Origin: an uncultured Acidobacteriia bacterium
GTDB taxonomy: Bacteria > Acidobacteriota > Terriglobia > Bryobacterales > Bryobacteraceae
Assembly: GCA_903825445.1 (NCBI GenBank)
Contig: CAIKAS010000364.1
Span: forward strand, 26,298 to 90,297
DNA length: 64,000 nucleotides
Reading direction: 5' to 3'
The translations under genes were made by a program, and so were the position numbers. The stretch's first letter is position 1; every line of letters starts with the position of its first letter. Below are positions 46,179 to 53,731 of this stretch, in pieces. The notes under the pieces were generated by a model. The model did no database searches and was not told where the DNA came from. It saw only the letters and a list, made by a program, of their open reading frames with translations.

Positions 46179-47411
46179 TTACTTCCTCGCAGTCTGTGAA
46201 TTCTCCGCCAGCAGTTTCTCCACTCGCTCCACGAATTCCTTCTTCTCCTTCTCGTAGAGAACTCCGCTCCCTGAACTTGGGAAGCCCGCATGCACGCCCT
46301 TCACCAGCCCGTCGCGACCCACAAAGAACGTCGTCGGCCACGCATTCCAGTTCTGCGCCTGCGTCAGTTTTTCCTTCGCGCTGCCCGTTTCGCCGGCTAA
46401 CAGCACCGTGTACTTAATGCCGTTCTGCTTGATAAACGCCCGCAGGCGCGTCGGGTTCGCCACCTGCTCCGCCTCTTCAAACGACAGCGCGATAATCTCC
46501 AGTCCCTTGCTGTGGTACTTGTTGTAAACCTCTGCCAGGAACGGCGCTTCGTCATGGCAATTCGGGCACCAGCTGCCCGTGATGTTAATCAGCACCACCT
46601 TGCCCTGAAATCGGGCATCGGTGTTCGATACGGTCTTCCCGTCCAGATCCGGAAAACTGAATGGAAACGGCTGCGTCGCGTCCTTCACCGTCGTGAAGGA
46701 ATTAGCGTCAGTCGGCTCCGCCAGGCCCTTCGCCTTGACCTCTTCCGGCCGGATCGCGACGACCGTTCCGCCCCCGCGCCCGCTCCCCTGATCTACCGAC
46801 AACGTACCGTTTTCCTGCGGCGTGATCGTCCAAATTGCCGGACGTGACCCATCGAAGTGGCTGACCACAAACTTGCCGTCCTGCCAGCCGCCCGTCAGTG
46901 CGCCAGTGTCGCCATCTACCCGAAGAATCGACGCCGTGACGTCGTTGCCTTTCTGTGTCACCACCAGATTCCACGCCTTCTCGCCCTTGCTGCTCTTAAC
47001 GTCTTCAATCACCCACACACCCGCCACATTCGGTGCCGGCGTCTTCGGAGCCGCCTGCGGGCGGTTGGGGACCGCGTGGATCGGTGAGGGCGCACCCGAC
47101 CTTCCACCCCGCGAAGTCGACCAATCGCCGTCCAGGGAGCCGTCTTTAAGGGTCAGCTTCAGAACCCCCAGATAACTATCGAAATTCAGAACCAGCGAGC
47201 CATTCTCATATGTGCCGCCGCTGGATATCAGCTTGCCGTCCCCGTTAAAGAACCAACCCTTTACGTCGGAGCCCGATCCCGAAAAGCCAATCTTGAACGG
47301 AATCTCCGTTGTGCCTTGCTTTAAAGTCGCGTCCCAGAGTCCGTCAATGGTCTGTGCCTGCATTCCGGCTACAACAGACAAGAACAGGATGCTAATTCGT
47401 CTGATCTTCAT
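46179..47411 (-). CDS. TlpA/ResA-like thiol-disulfide oxidoreductase, second paralogue
   Basis: 410-aa ORF with a signal peptide. It has the WCPNC active site (VVLINITGSWCPNCHDEAPFL) and GLEIIALSFEEAEQ. It is collinear over its full length with 38867..40168, including the unknown N-terminal domain (GxWDAxLxQ..TxIPF, LRVDGDxG, SHFDGSRP). Confidence 0.8.
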   Translation of the reverse strand: MKIRRISILFLSVVAGMQAQTIDGLWDATLKQGTTEIPFKIGFSGSGSDVKGWFFNGDGKLISSGGTYENGSLVLNFDSYLGVLKLTLKDGSLDGDWSTSRGGRSGAPSPIHAVPNRPQAAPKTPAPNVAGVWVIEDVKSSKGEKAWNLVVTQKGNDVTASILRVDGDTGALTGGWQDGKFVVSHFDGSRPAIWTITPQENGTLSVDQGSGRGGGTVVAIRPEEVKAKGLAEPTDANSFTTVKDATQPFPFSFPDLDGKTVSNTDARFQGKVVLINITGSWCPNCHDEAPFLAEVYNKYHSKGLEIIALSFEEAEQVANPTRLRAFIKQNGIKYTVLLAGETGSAKEKLTQAQNWNAWPTTFFVGRDGLVKGVHAGFPSSGSGVLYEKEKKEFVERVEKLLAENSQTARK

Positions 47412-47560
47412 AAATACTCCTTACTCGATAGACTATAGGGTGTTTTGTCTCCTGTCAATAGGCATCGCGGATTATTGTGCTAGACATGCCCTTGGTAATA
47501 ATATTATTTATCAATCAGTTACATAACTCTTACTACATACTGCCGATACTACATCGAAAT

Positions 47561-47569
47561 TGGTATGAT
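47561..47569 (+). promoter_or_regulatory. extended -10-like element (TGgTATGAT) in the divergent encapsulin/tlpA control region
   Basis: TG at 47561..47562 and TATGAT at 47564..47569. It lies ~200 nt upstream of the encapsulin ATG and there is no good -35. This is a pattern match only. Confidence 0.25.
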
Positions 47570-47769
47570 TGCAGCCGAAGTGGGTGTGCCGTGCCTCTCT
47601 GCAGCCAGTTTCGCCGCCAGCACCATGCTCGCTCAGGTCCGGTCACAAATAAATCCGCCCTACATCTACCCATTGTCGATGGACTTTAGTATGATGTGGA
47701 GTATGCGCTGGCGGCTCCCAGGCGTGAGTTGCTGGCATATTTACCATTAACTATTGGAGATTCAATTAG

Positions 47770-48693
47770 ATGGCCATCGAACCAGAACGGCAAACGGCAC
47801 TCGGCGACGTAGCGGCCCGCCAACTTGCCAACGCGACCAAGACCGCTCCCCAAATGTCGCGCATCACCCCGAGGTGGCTCACGCACTTGCTGCAGTGGAC
47901 CCCGGTGGAAGCGGGTATTTACCGGCTAAACCGGGTGAAAGATGAGGCTAAGGTCACCGTCGATTGCTCCGACCGCGACGAACGCGACCTGCCTCAGACC
48001 TACGTTGACTATGAAGAGAATGCACGCGAGTACATGTTGAGCGCCGTCAACACGGTGGTAGACGTTCACACCCGGGTTTCGGATCTCTACAGCGTCCCGT
48101 ACAACCAGATCACCGAGCAATTGCGCCTCACCATCGAGATTGTCAAGGAACGCCAGGAAAGCGAACTGATCAACAATCACGAGTACGGTTTGCTGCATAG
48201 CGTTGCTCCGAAACAGAGGATCAAGACGCATTCAGGTGTTCCAACACCCGACGATCTGGACGATCTGATCGCAAAAGTCTGGAAAGAGCCCGGCTTCTTC
48301 CTCGCCCATCCGCTGGCCATCGCCGCATTCGGGCGTGAATGCACCCGCCGTGGCGTACCACCGCCTACAGTTTCTCTCTTCGGCTCGCAGTTCCTCACAT
48401 GGCGCGGCATCCCGCTGATTCCTTCTGACAAGATCGGCGTCGAGAAACATAAGACAAGCATCCTCCTGGTCCGTACCGGCGAGCGCAGACAGGGCGTCGT
48501 CGGACTCTACCAACCCAATCTTCCGGGTCAGCAAAGCCCCGGTCTCTCGGTCCGTTTCATGGGCATCAACCGCAAGGCGATCGCGTCGTACCTGGTCTCC
48601 CTCTATTGCTCGCTCGCGGTTCTGACCGAAGACGCTCTCGGCGTCCTCGAAGGCGTGGAAACGGATAAATATCATGAGTACAAACGCGTTTGA
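47770..48693 (+). CDS. family 2A encapsulin nanocompartment shell protein
   Basis: 307-aa ORF with GGAG 11 nt upstream. The motifs are collinear with SrpI/Rv1762c-type shell proteins as I remember them: ARQLANATKT, ITPRWLTHLLQWTPVEAGIYRLNRV, LPQTYVDYEE, HTRVSDLYS, QLRLTIEIVKERQESELIN, PTPDDLDDLIAKVWKEPGFFLAHPLAIAAFGRECTRRGVPPP, TWRGIPLIPSDK, GLSVRFMGIN. There is no cNMP-binding insertion. Confidence 0.85.
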   Translation: MAIEPERQTALGDVAARQLANATKTAPQMSRITPRWLTHLLQWTPVEAGIYRLNRVKDEAKVTVDCSDRDERDLPQTYVDYEENAREYMLSAVNTVVDVHTRVSDLYSVPYNQITEQLRLTIEIVKERQESELINNHEYGLLHSVAPKQRIKTHSGVPTPDDLDDLIAKVWKEPGFFLAHPLAIAAFGRECTRRGVPPPTVSLFGSQFLTWRGIPLIPSDKIGVEKHKTSILLVRTGERRQGVVGLYQPNLPGQQSPGLSVRFMGINRKAIASYLVSLYCSLAVLTEDALGVLEGVETDKYHEYKRV

Positions 48694-50317
48694 TCCCGGC
48701 CTTCCGGATGAACTGCCTGAAGGTTGGCCCGAAATAGAAACACTCGCACGCCTCGCAAATGAGTTCTTCTCTGCGAAGCCCGGAGAAACTGTGCCGGATG
48801 CTCACACGCCCGCGTCGCCGGAACCCGCGAATTTCGATTTGAACGGCGACGTTCCACTCGGCCGCTCAGCGCCGTCGCCTGTCGCGCTTCCCGGCGCGTC
48901 AGAATTGCAGGCGCTCATCGACGCGATTCCGTTCTCTCCCTTCGCGCCACCAGCGGCGGCGCCAGGTACCCCGGCGTCAACTGGCCCCAGTTTCTACTTT
49001 ATGGAGCAAGCTGGTCCAGGCCCGGTGACTCCGCCGCCCGGAGCCGCCACGCCACAAGCCTCTTTGCACGGCTTCAGCGGACCCTTCGACGTAGCCTCAA
49101 TCCGGCGCGACTTTCCCATCCTCGAAGAGCGCGTCAACGGCCGTCAGCTCGTTTGGCTCGATAACGCGGCCACCACCCAGAAACCGCGTCTCGTCATCGA
49201 TCGCCTGAAGTATTTCTACGAGCACGAAAACTCCAACATTCATCGAGCCGCGCATGAACTGGCGGCACGGGCTACCGACGCCTACGAATCGGCGCGCGAC
49301 AAAGTACGCGGCTTCCTGAACGCCGGTTCTTCGAAAGAAATCGTCTTCGTCCGCGGCGCCACCGAAGCCATTAACCTGGTCGCCCAAAGCTGGGGGCGTC
49401 AGCACGTCGGTAAAGATGACGAGATTATTGTCTCCACGCTGGAACATCACGCCAACATCGTGCCCTGGCAGCAATTGGCAACGGAGAAGGGCGCTAAACT
49501 GCGCGTCATCCCGGTCGACGATAGCGGCCAGCTCCTTCTGGACGAGTACGGCAAGCTTCTTAACTCAAAAACGAAGCTCGTAGCCTTCACCCAGGTTTCG
49601 AACGCCCTCGGCACCATCACGCCAGCGAAGCAGATCATCGAAGCGGCGCATTCCGCCGGCGCGAAGGTTCTCCTCGATGGCGCGCAATCCGTATCCCATA
49701 TGGCCGTCAACGTTCAGGATCTGAATCCGGATTGGTTCGTCTTCTCCGGCCACAAGGTCTTTGGGCCTACCGGCATCGGCGTGCTCTACGGCAAGGAAGC
49801 GCTGCTCAGCGAAACGCAGCCGTGGCAGGGCGGCGGCAACATGATTCAGGACGTCACCTTCGAGCGCACCATCTATCAACCGGCGCCAAATAAGTTCGAA
49901 GCCGGCACCGGCAATATCGCGGATGCCGTCGGCCTTGGTGCCGCCATCGACTACGTTCAGTCCATCGGGCTGGACCGTATTTCGGAATACGAGCACCAGC
50001 TCCTGCTCTACGCCACCCGCTTCCTGCAGGAGATTCCCGGCCTGCGGCTGATCGGCACGGCGAAAGAGAAAGCGGGCGTCCTTTCCTTCGTTGTGGATGG
50101 CTACCGAACCGAGGATATCGGTTCTGCCCTCAATCGCGAAGGCATCGCCGTCCGCTCCGGACACCACTGCGCCCAGCCCATTCTGCGGCGCTTCGGAGTG
50201 GAAAGCAGCGTCCGCCCGTCGCTGGCGCTCTACAACACCTGCGCCGATATCGACGCCCTGATCTCAGCTCTGCTGCGAATCACAAGTCAACGAGCTTTTG
50301 CCACTCAGCGTACCTAA
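48674..50317 (+). CDS. cysteine desulfurase (SufS/CsdA-like, class V aminotransferase) with N-terminal encapsulin cargo-loading domain
   Basis: 547-aa ORF overlapping the shell gene by 20 nt. The catalytic core begins near IRRDFPILEERVNGRQLVWLDNAATTQKP. It has the PLP lysine in FSGHKVFGPTGIGVLYG and the active-site Cys in RSGHHCAQP. Aa 1-140 are Pro/Ala-rich and contain LARLANEFFS. Confidence 0.9.
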   Translation: MSTNAFDPGLPDELPEGWPEIETLARLANEFFSAKPGETVPDAHTPASPEPANFDLNGDVPLGRSAPSPVALPGASELQALIDAIPFSPFAPPAAAPGTPASTGPSFYFMEQAGPGPVTPPPGAATPQASLHGFSGPFDVASIRRDFPILEERVNGRQLVWLDNAATTQKPRLVIDRLKYFYEHENSNIHRAAHELAARATDAYESARDKVRGFLNAGSSKEIVFVRGATEAINLVAQSWGRQHVGKDDEIIVSTLEHHANIVPWQQLATEKGAKLRVIPVDDSGQLLLDEYGKLLNSKTKLVAFTQVSNALGTITPAKQIIEAAHSAGAKVLLDGAQSVSHMAVNVQDLNPDWFVFSGHKVFGPTGIGVLYGKEALLSETQPWQGGGNMIQDVTFERTIYQPAPNKFEAGTGNIADAVGLGAAIDYVQSIGLDRISEYEHQLLLYATRFLQEIPGLRLIGTAKEKAGVLSFVVDGYRTEDIGSALNREGIAVRSGHHCAQPILRRFGVESSVRPSLALYNTCADIDALISALLRITSQRAFATQRT

Positions 50318-50903
50318 GCCGCGCGAGCTCAAATCGATCCGTCGTGCGGCAGTAGACCGAAGGTGAGCCAAGCCGTCCGATCGGCGCGAAATCTTTGATG
50401 TGCATGCGCGGGCCCACCAGTTGGTCCGCCACGTGAAACATAACCACTTCGCCGATGATCAGCGTGTTCGCGCCGAGCGCCTGCGAACTGAAAAGCCTGC
50501 ATTCCAGGCTGACCTGCGCCTCGGCAACTCTTGGTGTCCTTACCTGGACGGAAGGCGCGGTGTGCAGGTGAGCGGCTTCCAGTTCGCTTTGATCCGGCGG
50601 AAAATCTGCTGCGGAAATATTCATAGCCGCAAGCAATTCCTCCGTCACAAAGTTCACCACGAACTCGCCGCTGGTTTGAATATTGCGTGCCGTGTCCTTA
50701 GGTGCCCCACTGTCACGGTTTCCAATGCCAACCACCACATACGGCGGAGCGCTGCCGACTGCATTGAAGAAGCTAAACGGAGCCAGGTTGACAACACCGC
50801 TGTCACCTGCGCTGGTGATCCACGCAATCGGCCGGGGAACCACTAAATCTGTCAGCAACTTGTAGTTTTCCGCGTTCGCGTGAAGAGAGGGATCGATTTG
50901 CAT
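50280..50903 (-). CDS. flavin reductase family protein (FMN-binding split barrel)
   Basis: 207-aa ORF with VPRPIAWITSAGDSGVVNLAPFSFFNAV, typical of the flavin reductase-like domain. Its 3' end overlaps the desulfurase 3' end by 38 nt (convergent). Confidence 0.75.
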   Translation of the reverse strand: MQIDPSLHANAENYKLLTDLVVPRPIAWITSAGDSGVVNLAPFSFFNAVGSAPPYVVVGIGNRDSGAPKDTARNIQTSGEFVVNFVTEELLAAMNISAADFPPDQSELEAAHLHTAPSVQVRTPRVAEAQVSLECRLFSSQALGANTLIIGEVVMFHVADQLVGPRMHIKDFAPIGRLGSPSVYCRTTDRFELARLRYAEWQKLVDL

Positions 50904-51154
50904 ACTGGGCGCTTGCCGCTCATTGACTACCGCTCAACTACCGCATTTTTACCGTGCGCTACTGGCTGCATGGAGGCAGCGGTTCGCAGGAGCCGAAACA
51001 ACACTAGCAGCCCGTGGTAATAACCGCTGCTTGACCGTCTCCGCTCTGCAACGCGTTGAATTTACTGAGCCGCGCACGCCAGTAAGCGGTGCTCTGAGAC
51101 TTCTGCCAAGGGCTGCTGGCCCAATTATAGAAGGCGCCCCGGCAGGAGTCCCAG

Positions 51155-52405
51155 CTACCTTCCGTGCACTTCCATTGGGACCGTAAACGTGAATCGTGTC
51201 CCCTGCCCAGGCTCGCTTTCGAGAGAAATCGACCCGCCGTGTTGCTCCACCAGGGCTTTCGTGATCGCCAGACCAAGGCCGGTTCCCTCACGAGTCCCGT
51301 TCGTCGTGGTGCCTATCTGGTGAAACCTGTCGAAGACTGCGTCGTGCGCCTCTTTGGCTATACCAATACCCGTATCTGAAACGGAAAATGTCAAATACTC
51401 GGGATGTGTCGTTGCTTCGATTCTCACTTTGCCCCCTTCGGGAGTAAATTTCAACGCGTTGCTGAGCAGATTCAGAAAAATCTGCCTCAGGTGCAAACGG
51501 TCTGCTGTCAAAACCGGGAGGGCGTCGAAGTGTTTTTCAACCCGAATCGACTTGGCTTCAGCACTCAGCCGCATCGACGATACAACCTCTTCGATCACAA
51601 TGGCGGGCTCGAAGCTCTCAGGCCGAATCTCCAGCCGTCCCGATTCGACTTTGCTGAAGTCGAGTAATTTGTTGATCAGTCCCAATAAGTGCTGGGCGTC
51701 GGTATGGATGTAGCGAACAAACCGTTCCTGTTCTTCGTTCAGCGGTCCCTGAGCCTCATTGCGAAGCAGTTCTGAGAAACCAAGAATGGTTTGCAGGGGC
51801 GAACGCATCTCGTGGCTGATGTGTGAAAGAAACTCGTCTTTGCGTTGGTTGGCTTCGTTGAGCTCAATATTCTTCTGCAGCAAGTCCCTCGCACGGAGGA
51901 AAAGTTCGGCCTCCATCCGCACGGCATGGCCGCGAAGTTCCTGTGCGATTTCTTCTTGCATCTCGCCTTGCCGCCGGAGGCGGACAAATGCCGTCACGTC
52001 CTCCACGCGGTGGATGATGTAACGGACATTCTTCCGTGAATCGAAGACCGGAGAGTTAATCGGACTCCAGTATCGCTCCTCAAACCCTCCACCCTCCGCG
52101 GCTGGTCGGCGAATGTCGTACTTCTGCACTGGCATCGTATCAACAGTGCCGTTTTGGAGTACTCGTCCCAGGGACGCCCGCAGATTATGTACGCCGGTAG
52201 CCGTCGCATCCCCCGGATCGTCGGGAAAGACGTCAAAAATACCGCGTCCCAGAATTTCCTCGCGCTTGGTCATCGTGGCTCGGAGGTACGCCTCGTTCAC
52301 GGCGACGATCGCGAGGTCCGGTTTCAGAACCAGATAGAGCCCAGGCGCAGATTCAAATAGGGCCTGATAATCGAGGTCGGGGTGCCTGCTGCCGGAAGAT
52401 CGCAT
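51155..52405 (-). CDS. PAS-domain sensor histidine kinase (cytoplasmic, orphan)
   Basis: 416-aa ORF with an N-terminal PAS domain. It has the H-box [17 protein letters not shown]-box [13 protein letters not shown] and G-boxes SDTGIGI and GTGLGLAI. There is no TM segment and no adjacent response regulator. Confidence 0.85.
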   Translation of the reverse strand: MRSSGSRHPDLDYQALFESAPGLYLVLKPDLAIVAVNEAYLRATMTKREEILGRGIFDVFPDDPGDATATGVHNLRASLGRVLQNGTVDTMPVQKYDIRRPAAEGGGFEERYWSPINSPVFDSRKNVRYIIHRVEDVTAFVRLRRQGEMQEEIAQELRGHAVRMEAELFLRARDLLQKNIELNEANQRKDEFLSHISHEMRSPLQTILGFSELLRNEAQGPLNEEQERFVRYIHTDAQHLLGLINKLLDFSKVESGRLEIRPESFEPAIVIEEVVSSMRLSAEAKSIRVEKHFDALPVLTADRLHLRQIFLNLLSNALKFTPEGGKVRIEATTHPEYLTFSVSDTGIGIAKEAHDAVFDRFHQIGTTTNGTREGTGLGLAITKALVEQHGGSISLESEPGQGTRFTFTVPMEVHGR

Positions 52406-53073
52406 CGTATCTACACGTCAATCTCGTCCTGGAATAAGTGCAATTTCTGACTGCTTTACCCCTCATTCAATGAGATTTATCGGACAATATATCGTCATTG
52501 AACAGAAAATGAAGTTACTTTGATTTTACCGCAGGTCGGACTCCTCGTGGCTACCACAGTCGCTGGTTACGAGTCTATCTGGTCCTCTTTCGAACAGTTG
52601 CAGGCCCGCCGTTGCCCATGGCCAGTCACAGGGACCCGTAATACTCGTATCCGGCACATAAGAAATCACTTCCCATCGTTCCCCCTTCTCTGCAAGGCTG
52701 ATTTCCCGCCTCTCTGCCATATAGTCAGATTGGACTATGCTTTCACAAGTCAATCTCGCGAACTTTTGCCAACAGGACTTAGTGCGCGTGCCGCCGACCC
52801 GCGTTACAGAAACGCCGGGACAACTAAAAAAACAAGATGTTCCAGCAAATCCGGCCTATCTATCAGAAAACAATAGCAACCCGCCGCACGGGAAACCCAT
52901 TTATAAGCCATTCTCAAGCCATTTCCGGTGTGTTTTAGCCCATTTTCCGGCCGGGAAAAGCCAACTCAACCCATCCAGGGACACCAAGACCCATTCCCGG
53001 ATAGACTCGCGGAAGACTTTGGTCCGGCCCCTGACATTTCAGCGGAAGCCTGCCTTCTGCCGCTGTCTTATGT

Positions 53074-53102
53074 TTGACATTCGTGTCCAGTCTCGCTATT
53101 GT
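53074..53102 (+). promoter_or_regulatory. sigma70-type promoter candidate for the ACIII-like operon (TTGACA-17-TATTGT)
   Basis: TTGACA at 53074..53079, a 17-bp spacer, then TATTGT at 53097..53102. It lies ~130 nt upstream of the actA ATG at 53232. Confidence 0.45.
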
Positions 53103-53231
53103 CATGAGTTGCCCTCTGTCCCGGGTTTTGGTCCGAAACGGGGTTCAGCGTGGGCTTCGCCGTACTCAATTTTCGTGTCCGATCCAGGTTTGTACAGCCG
53201 CTTCTCCGGTCCCCATTTGCGGCCTGCCGCC

Positions 53232-53717
53232 ATGATTGCGTCAGTGCTGCGCGGGCTTGCGCTTGCCGCCCTCTGCGCGGTCGGAATAACTGCGCTCCAG
53301 GCCCAGCAGCAGCCCATCGCCTATTCCCATAAAAAGCACATTGCATTAGGTTTAGCGTGCCTCGATTGCCACAGCATGGCGGATATTGGTCCAGCCGCTA
53401 CCATCCCTTCGGTGAGGAAGTGCATGCTGTGCCACTCAACCCTTGCGACCGACAAGCCTGAAGTCAAGAAGATAGCCGACTACGCCGCCAAAGGCCGCGA
53501 AATCCCCTGGCAACGGGTCTATGGATTTGAAACTCAGGCGCTGGTGAAGTTCAATCACGCGCCGCATATCCGGGCCAAAGTGGAGTGCGCCACCTGCCAC
53601 GGTGACATGACTCAGGCCGATACCGCGCAAAAACTGGTGAACCACAACATGGGCACCTGCATCACCTGCCACCGGCAGAAGGGGGCCTCGCAGGATTGCG
53701 CAACATGTCATTACTAG
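53232..53717 (+). CDS. actA: pentahaem c-type cytochrome (ACIII ActA-like)
   Basis: ORF 52737..53717. I moved the start to ATG 53232, giving signal/anchor MIASVLRGLALAALCAVGITALQA. It has five CxxCH motifs (CLDCH, CMLCH, CATCH, CITCH, CATCH) in 161 aa. Confidence 0.8.
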   Translation: MIASVLRGLALAALCAVGITALQAQQQPIAYSHKKHIALGLACLDCHSMADIGPAATIPSVRKCMLCHSTLATDKPEVKKIADYAAKGREIPWQRVYGFETQALVKFNHAPHIRAKVECATCHGDMTQADTAQKLVNHNMGTCITCHRQKGASQDCATCHY

Positions 53718-53731
53718 GCCCTAAACCTAAT

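Noticed and set aside
47565-47750. 61-aa ORF in the encapsulin upstream region
   Set aside because: It has no RBS, an odd composition, and overlaps the predicted leader stem. I treat the region as regulatory.
52526-52753. 75-aa minus-strand ORF (TTG start; internal ATG gives 64 aa) in the long intergenic region
   Set aside because: It has no Shine-Dalgarno sequence at either start and I recognise no domain or motif. I kept it only as a note inside the finding on the 825-bp gap.
52737-53231. 165-codon upstream extension of the actA ORF
   Set aside because: It has no protein-like features and runs through the repeat array and the promoter-like element. A good signal peptide begins at ATG 53232.
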